Positions 58,080-64,000 of a stretch of DNA of 64,000 nucleotides are shown here, in pieces. The stretch's first letter is position 1; the number at the start of each line of letters is the position of its first letter. The translations under genes were made by a program, and so were the position numbers. The notes beneath the pieces were generated by a model that was not told the DNA's origin, ran no database searches, and worked only from the letters and a program-made list of their open reading frames with translations. Origin of the DNA: a virus; the IMG/VR virus record IMGVR_UViG_3300023174_000130, positions 19,216-83,215 of that record; one strand, 5' to 3'.

Positions 58080-58592
58080 ATGAAATCATTCAAACAACAT
58101 TTACACGAATCTGGACTCAAAAAAGCACTTGACACCGGCAATCCAGATCTAATGAAAAAAGAACTTGCAAAAAGAAGAGAAAGATCGGAAAGATTGCAAG
58201 CCGATGCAACACTTCTTAATCAACTTTCCAATCACAAAGGCGCATTAGCAGCCCACACCAAATTTTCTCAAGCACAGGCATTGAAACCCGGTATCGAAGA
58301 TTTGACCATGCCGCTTGAAGCCCAAGGTATCAAGACTGGTGTAAAGCTCAGAGAACTTCCAACAGAAAAACCTTGGCATGATGAACTGACACCAGATTAC
58401 TATGATGGCTCCGATGAAGATCAAACAGGTTCTTCATCTGAAGTAGAATCAGCACAACAACAAAATCAATTTTCTGGAAATTTACAAAAACCATTTCCTT
58501 CACCAGTAGAAATGGCTGCAAATTTTATGTCAAGAAGTGCATCAGACAAAAAGCCAACTCCATCAGGATTTGCAAAACAAATCAAATTTTAA
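58080..58592 (+). CDS. putative internal head protein
   Basis: MKSFKQHLHE N-terminus resembles the T4 capsid-targeting sequence; late promoter upstream. Confidence 0.65.
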   Translation: MKSFKQHLHESGLKKALDTGNPDLMKKELAKRRERSERLQADATLLNQLSNHKGALAAHTKFSQAQALKPGIEDLTMPLEAQGIKTGVKLRELPTEKPWHDELTPDYYDGSDEDQTGSSSEVESAQQQNQFSGNLQKPFPSPVEMAANFMSRSASDKKPTPSGFAKQIKF

Positions 58593-58600
58593 ATAATTGT

Positions 58601-60037
58601 ATGGACTACCTTACCAGACACTACAAGCATCTCTGCGAACAACTTCAAGAAAAAATTAATGTTCTTGAAAAATTTTTAATTGAAAGGCCTTCAATTGAAG
58701 ATCAAATAGAAACTGGAAATGAAACCATTCTAAATGTAGGTACAGGAAAAACAAAAGGACATGCAAAAACTGGAAACGTCAAAGTCCCATTTGATATAAC
58801 AATTGATCCAGAACTTTCTAAAACATCAACAAGGGGAGAATTTAGATCTTCAAACTTGGCTGTAACTAGAAGATTGTACCCCAAATTATTTGACGACACA
58901 AAAGAATTAAAAGGAACAATAGCATTAGATCCAAGTCTTAAAGTAGATGATGATGATTTTTATAAAGCCGTTAAAGATCAAGATACTGTAGCACATGAAG
59001 CGGCTCATGCACACCAATTGGCTGCCAAGACAAGAGATGCAGAACAAAGAAAAGCACAAGGAAAAACAACTTACGCCGATGTGGAAATGAGCAAAATAGA
59101 AAAAACTTCTACGTCACAAAGATCATCAAATCCAAGATTGACAAACGTATCACCGGAAGTAAAATCAGGATTGGAATATTCTCAATATTATCTTAATCCA
59201 CAAGAAATCAATGCCAGAAGTTCTGGTGCGGGAACTATGGCATATAGAATAAGATCAGGGGGTGGAGATAGAACTTATTCATTTAATGTGCCAAAAATAG
59301 GCGCAGAAGTTGGACTAGAGTATGTTGCTGGCGGATCAAAAGTATCTCCAGAAGAAACGGCAGCAATGTCAAGACATGAAAGATCTGTTGCCAAAAGAAA
59401 AAATTTATTTGCTAGTCAAGATTTAAAAAATGCAACGGCAAGAGGAGTTTTAAAGGCCGAACAAGATATGGCGACTCCGAATCCGGAGGTTGAATCAACA
59501 AAAGCAAGACAAAATGCAATCAAAGCAAAAGTTGAAACCTTAAAGGCAAAAACAGAACAACCAAAAATTTCAACTCCTGAAGTTGCTCCAACCCAAAAAG
59601 CAAATGTCGTATCCAAAATAATCGATCCAACTTCTGCCGTAATCCAAGCTACTACAGCACAAGCATCAAAGATTGCTCCGCAGGCTGCTTTAAAACCTCT
59701 TCCCGGAACACAAATAAAAGGAGTTGGAACCGGAATGTCAATTGGTGCTGGAATATTGGGTGGATTGGCCGGAGAATTTGTTGTAAAACCAACAGCAGAA
59801 AAATTAGGAGTGTTTGATGCTGTTGAAAAAGGCTCAAAGAAACTTTTTTCAAAAATGCCAGACTGGGCAGTAAAAGCATCAGATAAAACATTAGGTGCTG
59901 CGCAAGTTGCACTTGATCCAATCGGTTCTGCTTTCGATGCTTCAATTGACATGAGATCAAAACAACAAGACAGAATGAGAAAATCTGGAATGTCAGAAGA
60001 TGAAATTGCCCAATCCATGGCAAGTTCAATTCAATAA
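58601..60037 (+). CDS. putative internal head protein with zincin HExxH motif
   Basis: TVAHEAAHAHQ...PQEINAR; N-terminus shared with the 60344 gene; TAAATA-N5-ATG. Confidence 0.65.
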   Translation: MDYLTRHYKHLCEQLQEKINVLEKFLIERPSIEDQIETGNETILNVGTGKTKGHAKTGNVKVPFDITIDPELSKTSTRGEFRSSNLAVTRRLYPKLFDDTKELKGTIALDPSLKVDDDDFYKAVKDQDTVAHEAAHAHQLAAKTRDAEQRKAQGKTTYADVEMSKIEKTSTSQRSSNPRLTNVSPEVKSGLEYSQYYLNPQEINARSSGAGTMAYRIRSGGGDRTYSFNVPKIGAEVGLEYVAGGSKVSPEETAAMSRHERSVAKRKNLFASQDLKNATARGVLKAEQDMATPNPEVESTKARQNAIKAKVETLKAKTEQPKISTPEVAPTQKANVVSKIIDPTSAVIQATTAQASKIAPQAALKPLPGTQIKGVGTGMSIGAGILGGLAGEFVVKPTAEKLGVFDAVEKGSKKLFSKMPDWAVKASDKTLGAAQVALDPIGSAFDASIDMRSKQQDRMRKSGMSEDEIAQSMASSIQ

Positions 60038-60055
60038 TATTAATAAATTTTTAGA

Positions 60056-60087
60056 TAAAAAGGGTCCCAGAAATGGGACCCTTTTTA
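60056..60087. terminator. bidirectional terminator
   Basis: TAAAAAGGGTCCCA-GAAA-TGGGACCCTTTTTA between convergent genes. Confidence 0.88.
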
Positions 60088-60110
60088 TAGCGCTAGAATG
60101 GCTTATAGGC

Positions 60111-60272
60111 TCATTTAACTGCAGGAGCCGTCTTGGCTGCTGGAGTGGCTTCGGGTGCCTTGGCGTGGCTGCTGACCCAAGTTAAAAGGATAAAAGCAAC
60201 AACCCCGACACCAACGACCAACCAAGTGGTTGAAGAAACAGACTTCACAAAATTCTTAATCTTATCTAGCAT
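60111..60272 (-). CDS. small single-pass membrane protein (53 aa, not in ORF track)
   Basis: MLDKIKNFVKSVSSTTWLVVGVGVVAFILLTWVSSHAKAPEATPAAKTAPAVK; AAGGAG Shine-Dalgarno and CTAAATA upstream. Confidence 0.7.
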   Translation of the reverse strand: MLDKIKNFVKSVSSTTWLVVGVGVVAFILLTWVSSHAKAPEATPAAKTAPAVK

Positions 60273-60343
60273 AGTATCTCCTTAAAAGATTATTTAGGCC
60301 ACTCATCACCCCCCTCCATTTTTTCGGTTTTATAAATATTTTT

Positions 60344-60700
60344 ATGAATTACCTAACCAACTATTACAAGAACCTATCTGAGCAACTTCAAGAAAAAGTC
60401 AATTTTTTAAATCAAGCAATTTTAGAAGCTCAAAGAGAAACTGAAGATGTAATTATTGATGATGCAGAAAGAGAAGAGGGTGAAGATATTCCAACTCTTC
60501 AAGGCCGTCTTGCCAAAGGCAAGGGTGCAAAGCGTGGCAGAGAAGTTGATATTGAACCAGGACGCGCAATTCCCGGAGAATCTAAACAAACTGAAATTCA
60601 TCATGCACAAGAACTAGCAAGTGGTGATGCTGACAAAAACAACATCTATACCACAGGCAAACCAATTAAGGTCAACAAGAGCGAAATTCGCAGATCATAA
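60344..60700 (+). CDS. putative internal head protein
   Basis: MNYLTNYYKNLSEQLQEKVNFL; TATAAATA (60331-60338)-N5-ATG. Confidence 0.7.
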   Translation: MNYLTNYYKNLSEQLQEKVNFLNQAILEAQRETEDVIIDDAEREEGEDIPTLQGRLAKGKGAKRGREVDIEPGRAIPGESKQTEIHHAQELASGDADKNNIYTTGKPIKVNKSEIRRS

Positions 60701-60728
60701 AAATAACTTAAAAATTTTTGAATAAACT

Positions 60729-60760
60729 TTTGGGCTCCTTTCGGGGGCCCAAATTTTTTT
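60729..60760 (+). terminator. intrinsic terminator
   Basis: TTTGGGCTCCT-TTCG-GGGGCCCAAA followed by T7. Confidence 0.8.
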
Positions 60761-60819
60761 ATGGCATATGAGGTTTTTGGCGATAGGGGGTGCCGAAAAT
60801 TTTTTATGGCATATGAGGT
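60755..60819. repeat. 20-bp direct repeat x2
   Basis: TTTTTTATGGCATATGAGGT at 60755-60774 and 60800-60819. Confidence 0.85.
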
Positions 60820-60936
60820 ATTTTGAGAATTTTAGAGAATTTTGAGAGAAGGGGGGAGCTAGCCGTTCCGATAACCGGAATCCTATATGGGACCCGTTAC
60901 ACTGTTTGGACCCCGCTATCCCCCCCCCTCTAATAA

Positions 60937-60966
60937 CTCAGAGGCCCCCTTGCGGGGGCCTCTGAG
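60937..60966 (-). terminator. GC-rich hairpin after the 60978 gene
   Basis: CTCAGAGGCCCCC-TTGC-GGGGGCCTCTGAG (GCAA loop on the minus strand). Confidence 0.7.
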
Positions 60967-60977
60967 GGGCTGGGGGG

Positions 60978-61145
60978 TTACTGGCCCCAGTACCAGTCCC
61001 AGTAGGTGTCTTCGTCTGGCGCCTCCGCGTACTCAACGCCTTCCTCGGTGATCCAGGCAGCATCCGGCCCGAGATTCTTCGGGCGCTGGGCGAGGCGAAC
61101 CTCAACGGGGCGGGTGGTTTCTTCGATGTGGGTGGTGCTTTCCAT
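60978..61145 (-). CDS. small acidic probable early protein (55 aa)
   Basis: MESTTHIEETTRP...YWDWYWGQ; ATG 6 nt after TACAAT. Confidence 0.72.
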   Translation of the reverse strand: MESTTHIEETTRPVEVRLAQRPKNLGPDAAWITEEGVEYAEAPDEDTYWDWYWGQ

Positions 61146-61151
61146 GCGCGT

Positions 61152-61180
61152 ATTGTAACACAGCCGGCGACTCATTGCAA
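61152..61180 (-). promoter_or_regulatory. sigma70-type promoter, 17-bp spacer, leaderless
   Basis: TTGCAA-N17-TACAAT-N6-ATG with TG extension. Confidence 0.8.
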
Positions 61181-61209
61181 GTCGCATGGTAGAAATTTCT
61201 TTAATAACA

Positions 61210-61240
61210 CTGCTGGCCCCCCTCAGAGGGGGGCCAGCAG
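61210..61240. repeat. perfect palindrome, 15-bp arms
   Basis: CTGCTGGCCCCCCTC-A-GAGGGGGGCCAGCAG. Confidence 0.9.
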
Positions 61241-61279
61241 GTTGGCTAGGCATTGCAGGTCACGGGCTTCCCATAGGGG

Positions 61280-61558
61280 TTACATTTCCCCCCATCCTGC
61301 GCTGGCTAGCCAGTCGTTATCGGCGTCCCAGTCTTCCCGGCTCATCCGGCTAGCCGCGTCGATGAACGCATCGTTATCAGCCTCGCGGCTGTCCTCCTCA
61401 AAGGAGGGTTCCGCGTGTTCCCCGTTCCTCTTCGCCTCGCGCTCGCGCTCCGCGTTGTCCTCGCACATCGGGCAGAGGCTGTCCGTGTAGGCGTACTCGG
61501 GGCGGTGGCAGTCGCAGGGGAAGTGTTCGTGCTCGTGGTTGTGGGTGGTGTTGCACAT
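61280..61558 (-). CDS. small acidic probable early protein with Cys/His cluster (92 aa)
   Basis: MCNTTHNHEHEHFPCDCH...CPMC; C-terminal DADNDWLASAGWGEM; ATG 6 nt after TACCAT. Confidence 0.75.
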   Translation of the reverse strand: MCNTTHNHEHEHFPCDCHRPEYAYTDSLCPMCEDNAEREREAKRNGEHAEPSFEEDSREADNDAFIDAASRMSREDWDADNDWLASAGWGEM

Positions 61559-61564
61559 GCAAGT

Positions 61565-61593
61565 ATGGTAGCACACTTCGCTGCTGATGTCAA
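61565..61593 (-). promoter_or_regulatory. sigma70-type promoter, 17-bp spacer, leaderless
   Basis: TTGACA-N17-TACCAT-N6-ATG with TG extension. Confidence 0.82.
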
Positions 61594-61667
61594 CCCTTCG
61601 GAAAGAAATTTCTGTAGCGGTGCTCCTGAGTCCTAGAACAAACTTTGAGAAATGTCTTCCCGAAGGG

Positions 61668-61696
61668 TTGACATCAGCAGCAGTCTATGGTACAAT
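61668..61696 (+). promoter_or_regulatory. sigma70-type promoter, 17-bp spacer, leaderless
   Basis: TTGACA-N17-TACAAT-N6-ATG with TG extension. Confidence 0.88.
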
Positions 61697-61702
61697 GGTG
61701 CC

Positions 61703-62050
61703 ATGAGCACCACCACCAACCGCACCCGCATCGTCCTCCCCTTCTTCACCGACTCACTCGCCGTGCGACACAATCGCATGATGTCCCTCCTCGACTCCGG
61801 GTGGGTGCAGGTCACCTACAAGAAGGGTGACGGGCAGGTCGCCGTCCGCCTCGCCACGCGCAACCCCACGCTCGTTGCCGCCTATGGTCACGAGAGTGAC
61901 CGCACCGCCATCAGCCGCAGCGACACCGACTGGAACGCCACCGGCATCGTCTACTACTACGATTACACCAAGGGCAGCATCCGGTCATTCTATGTGGAGG
62001 AGGTCATCGAGGTCGCCATCCCGGCTGAGTGCCCGGAGAATTGCCACTAA
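61703..62050 (+). CDS. WYL-like/SH3-fold (DUF2693-like) probable early protein
   Basis: VQVTYKKGDGQVAVRLATRNP...YYDYTKGSIRSF; start at the leaderless ATG. Confidence 0.75.
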   Translation: MSTTTNRTRIVLPFFTDSLAVRHNRMMSLLDSGWVQVTYKKGDGQVAVRLATRNPTLVAAYGHESDRTAISRSDTDWNATGIVYYYDYTKGSIRSFYVEEVIEVAIPAECPENCH

Positions 62051-62059
62051 CCACTTCAC

Positions 62060-62096
62060 GGGGGAGAGAAAGAAATAATAAATCTTTCTCTCCCCC
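62060..62096. repeat. 14-bp inverted repeat abutting a promoter
   Basis: GGGGGAGAGAAAGA-AATAATAAA-TCTTTCTCTCCCCC. Confidence 0.85.
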
Positions 62097-62100
62097 CTGC

Positions 62101-62129
62101 TTGACTTCCGCCCCACGACCTGATACAAT
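62101..62129 (+). promoter_or_regulatory. sigma70-type promoter, 17-bp spacer, leaderless
   Basis: TTGACT-N17-TACAAT-N6-ATG with TG extension. Confidence 0.85.
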
Positions 62130-62135
62130 ACCGAC

Positions 62136-62387
62136 ATGAGCAACCGAATCACCGTCAAGGACTTGGATAGCGCCGTCATCCACCTGAACACCATGCTCGG
62201 CCTGAAGATGGGCGCAGAAGGATCCTTCTGCCTGCAGGGAGCCTACGGAGGCTGGCAACTGCAGAGGCGCATGGGTAGCGGAGTCATCGCCGTCACCACG
62301 GGCTACCGTCCGAAGCGCGAACTGTACCGGACGATCATCGACATCGGGTACGGAGTCTCCTGCACAAAGGCCGCGCCAACGAACTAA
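62136..62387 (+). CDS. hypothetical probable early protein (83 aa)
   Basis: MSNRITVKDL...GAYGGWQL...GYRPKRELY; GC-rich codon usage. Confidence 0.78.
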   Translation: MSNRITVKDLDSAVIHLNTMLGLKMGAEGSFCLQGAYGGWQLQRRMGSGVIAVTTGYRPKRELYRTIIDIGYGVSCTKAAPTN

Positions 62388-62393
62388 CGAGGT

Positions 62394-62481
62394 GGTGCTC
62401 GTACCGTCAGACTGGTTCCCGCAAAGGATTCGTCCGATCCTCTGATTCGTTCGGAGGTAGGGAACCAGTCTGATGAGCGCC
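62394..62481 (+). ncRNA. candidate structured RNA (three-way junction)
   Basis: 14-bp perfect stem (62407-62420/62460-62473) enclosing two UUCG-containing hairpins, plus an outer 7-bp stem. Confidence 0.45.
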
Positions 62482-62877
62482 CAAACTTCGGTTAAAAGTT
62501 TCAACTAAATTTGTTTCGTGGTTGAAATGTCGTAGACGGTGGCAAGTAGGACACAAAAATACACCGTTCTTTATTTCTTTATCAATCGCTGTTCTAGTTC
62601 TCCATTGCTTGGGAGAACGATTGGTAGAAGAAATAATAGTGTGGTGAAACTCCAACAAAGACGGAACACGATCCCACCCACAGTCAAAACAAGAAACCTT
62701 TAAAGAATCAATGTAAGCACAGTTTTTAGTGTAAGCATTTTTCTTATATTGTTTCTCTTGTTCCGGTGTTCGTGTATCTCGGACTTGGGCAACCTTTGCC
62801 GCAGTACAACGGCGACACCGACAACCTTTGTTGTATCCAGTACGGGGAGCATTGTTTGGAAATAAGCATTGAGTCAT
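62407..62877 (-). mobile_element. HNH homing endonuclease-like gene
   Basis: GCRCRRC zinc motif, CFDCG...LEFHH...LCPTCHRLRH; AT-rich inside GC-rich DNA; TATAAATA-N5-ATG. Confidence 0.8.
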
Positions 62878-62910
62878 ATAGCTATTTATAATTGTAGCTG
62901 ACTCACTACT

Positions 62911-62935
62911 ATCAGCGGCCTCAGAGGCCGCTGAT
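62911..62935. repeat. perfect palindrome, 12-bp arms
   Basis: ATCAGCGGCCTC-A-GAGGCCGCTGAT. Confidence 0.9.
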
Positions 62936-63027
62936 GTTATGGGACTGGACGCGGAGAGCCTGATAGTAGCCGGCCCCGCTGGACGTTATCGGATGGAAAG
63001 AATATTATAATATTCCGCCCCCACCCA

Positions 63028-63056
63028 TTGACATGGCCGGCATGGCATGGTACAAT
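63028..63056 (+). promoter_or_regulatory. sigma70-type promoter, 17-bp spacer, leaderless
   Basis: TTGACA-N17-TACAAT-N6-ATG with TG extension; palindrome GAATATTATAATATTC at 63000-63015. Confidence 0.88.
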
Positions 63057-63062
63057 GTACGC

Positions 63063-63629
63063 ATGAGCACCACTCGCACCAACCGTTACGAAGCCGTCCG
63101 CACCAACGCCATCGAAGCCTTCATCGGCCATCTCGCATCGGCTACCCTCTTCGATTACGCCGCCGCGCAGAAGTGGTACGCCGAGGCCGGAGACTTCGCG
63201 GAGTCGCTCCGCGTCCTGCGCCCGGAGTGGAGCATGGAAGTCTCCGCGTCCGTTGTCTCCGCGTTCTCGCCCCGCGTCACTTGGCAGCACAACAAGGCGA
63301 AGGCCACCCAGTACGCGCAGGGCATCACGCCGAAGGGTCTGCGCTCCCACGTGGACGCGGCCGACCGATGCGTCCGGCAGGGCTTCAACGGCCTTCGCGG
63401 CCCAAAGACGAACGCGTTTGCCCGTGCCATCGCCGGGGATCGGGACGCGGTGGTGGTGGATGTGTGGATGTGCCGCGCTGCCGGACTGGGCAAGGATGCG
63501 CCCAACGCGACCGAGTACCGGGCAATCGCGGACGCGATCCGCACACTCGCCGGAACGGGCGCCGTCTGCATGGCACCCGCCACGCTGCAGGCCCTGCTGT
63601 GGATCATCGTTCGGGGGAAGGCCGAATGA
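63063..63629 (+). CDS. probable early protein with HhH DNA-glycosylase-like motifs
   Basis: KWYAEA, VVSAFSPRVTWQHN, GPKTNAF..IAGD..VVVDVWM, LQALLW. Confidence 0.7.
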   Translation: MSTTRTNRYEAVRTNAIEAFIGHLASATLFDYAAAQKWYAEAGDFAESLRVLRPEWSMEVSASVVSAFSPRVTWQHNKAKATQYAQGITPKGLRSHVDAADRCVRQGFNGLRGPKTNAFARAIAGDRDAVVVDVWMCRAAGLGKDAPNATEYRAIADAIRTLAGTGAVCMAPATLQALLWIIVRGKAE

Positions 63630-63856
63630 TCCCGACCATCGAACGAATCAAGCCCACCCCGACCATCGGGGTGGGCTTGACAAGGAAAGAATTGATTGTC
63701 CTAGACCGCCTCGTGTTTCGGGGCCTCGTGGACACGATGCTAGAAATCAACACCTACACGGAAGAGCGGCACGATGACTTCCGCACCGAGGCCAACGATG
63801 AACGCAGGACGCTACAGAGCCTGCAGGCCAAGATAGAAAGGACGCTACGACAATGA
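63626..63856 (+). CDS. hypothetical protein (76 aa)
   Basis: MIPTIERIKP...; ATGA overlap with the upstream stop. Confidence 0.65.
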   Translation: MIPTIERIKPTPTIGVGLTRKELIVLDRLVFRGLVDTMLEINTYTEERHDDFRTEANDERRTLQSLQAKIERTLRQ

Positions 63857-63993
63857 ACCACCGACCCGGTAAATTCGTCCATGACGCCTTCCGGGAGGGA
63901 ATCCGGCTTCGCCCCAAGACCTGGGGCAAGAAGAGCCGAGACCCCCGGAAGGCGCGGAGGGAGGGGAAAAGGGAAGTGGCCAGCGAGGGCTGA
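63853..63993 (+). CDS. small basic peptide (46 aa)
   Basis: MNHRPGKFVHDAFREGIRLRPKTWGKKSRDPRKARREGKREVASEG; ATGA overlap. Confidence 0.55.
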   Translation: MNHRPGKFVHDAFREGIRLRPKTWGKKSRDPRKARREGKREVASEG

Positions 63994-64000
63994 GCTACTA

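Noticed and set aside
59416-60029. Antisense ORFs (200 aa and 125 aa), and similar ones opposite gp18, gp22, gp23 and 41399
   Set aside because: Mirror frames of real genes with no expression signals or recognisable motifs
60755-60819. Mini CRISPR array
   Set aside because: Only two 20-bp copies with a 25-nt gap and no cas genes in the window
60851-60928. tRNA-like cloverleaf
   Set aside because: No T-loop TTCRA, D-loop or 7-nt anticodon arm geometry; kept only as an unclassified structure
62404-62490. Hammerhead ribozyme suggested by CTGATGAG at about 62470
   Set aside because: No properly placed GAAA or stem II, the UH site is out of register, and CUGA is paired within the long stem
63047-63777. 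Long overlapping ORFs in alternative frames (63047, 63155, 63253, 62937)
   Set aside because: Stop-poor shadow frames of GC-rich DNA; the promoter-anchored frame starting at 63063 explains the region
1-64000. Stop-codon reassignment, introns or inteins in core genes
   Set aside because: Core genes (gp46, gp47, uvsW, gp17, gp20, gp23) are intact at normal length under the standard code

Overview
The window is a 64 kb segment of a T4-like (myovirus-type) bacteriophage genome. In order it holds: replication/recombination genes (gp44, gp45, gp46, gp47, gp55), a 13-gene AT-rich glycan-synthesis island (4.8-14.6 kb), uvsY/uvsW, the head/neck/tail block (gp3, gp23-gp13), an unusually compact baseplate block, gp32/gp33, accessory virion genes including a 2278-aa Cys-rich RCC1-repeat protein, small metabolic and internal-head genes, and an abrupt switch at about 60.85 kb to a GC-rich region of short, individually promoted, probably early genes. 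The most notable observations are: (1) a candidate phage-encoded virion O-glycosylation system, i.e. eukaryote-like glycosyltransferase families plus a G-x-[S/T]-[G/A] motif recurring in many virion proteins; (2) a probable -1 programmed frameshift joining gp26 to a start-less gp51, followed by a very short gene in the tape-measure position; (3) many leaderless transcripts in all promoter classes, with sigma70-type promoters falling into a 16-bp-spacer group (AT-rich core) and a 17-bp-spacer group (GC-rich region); (4) candidate structured RNA/DNA elements and a repeated operator-like palindrome in the GC-rich region. All calls come from reading motifs and synteny by eye; no database search or folding program was run. 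No tRNA, rRNA or CRISPR array was seen.
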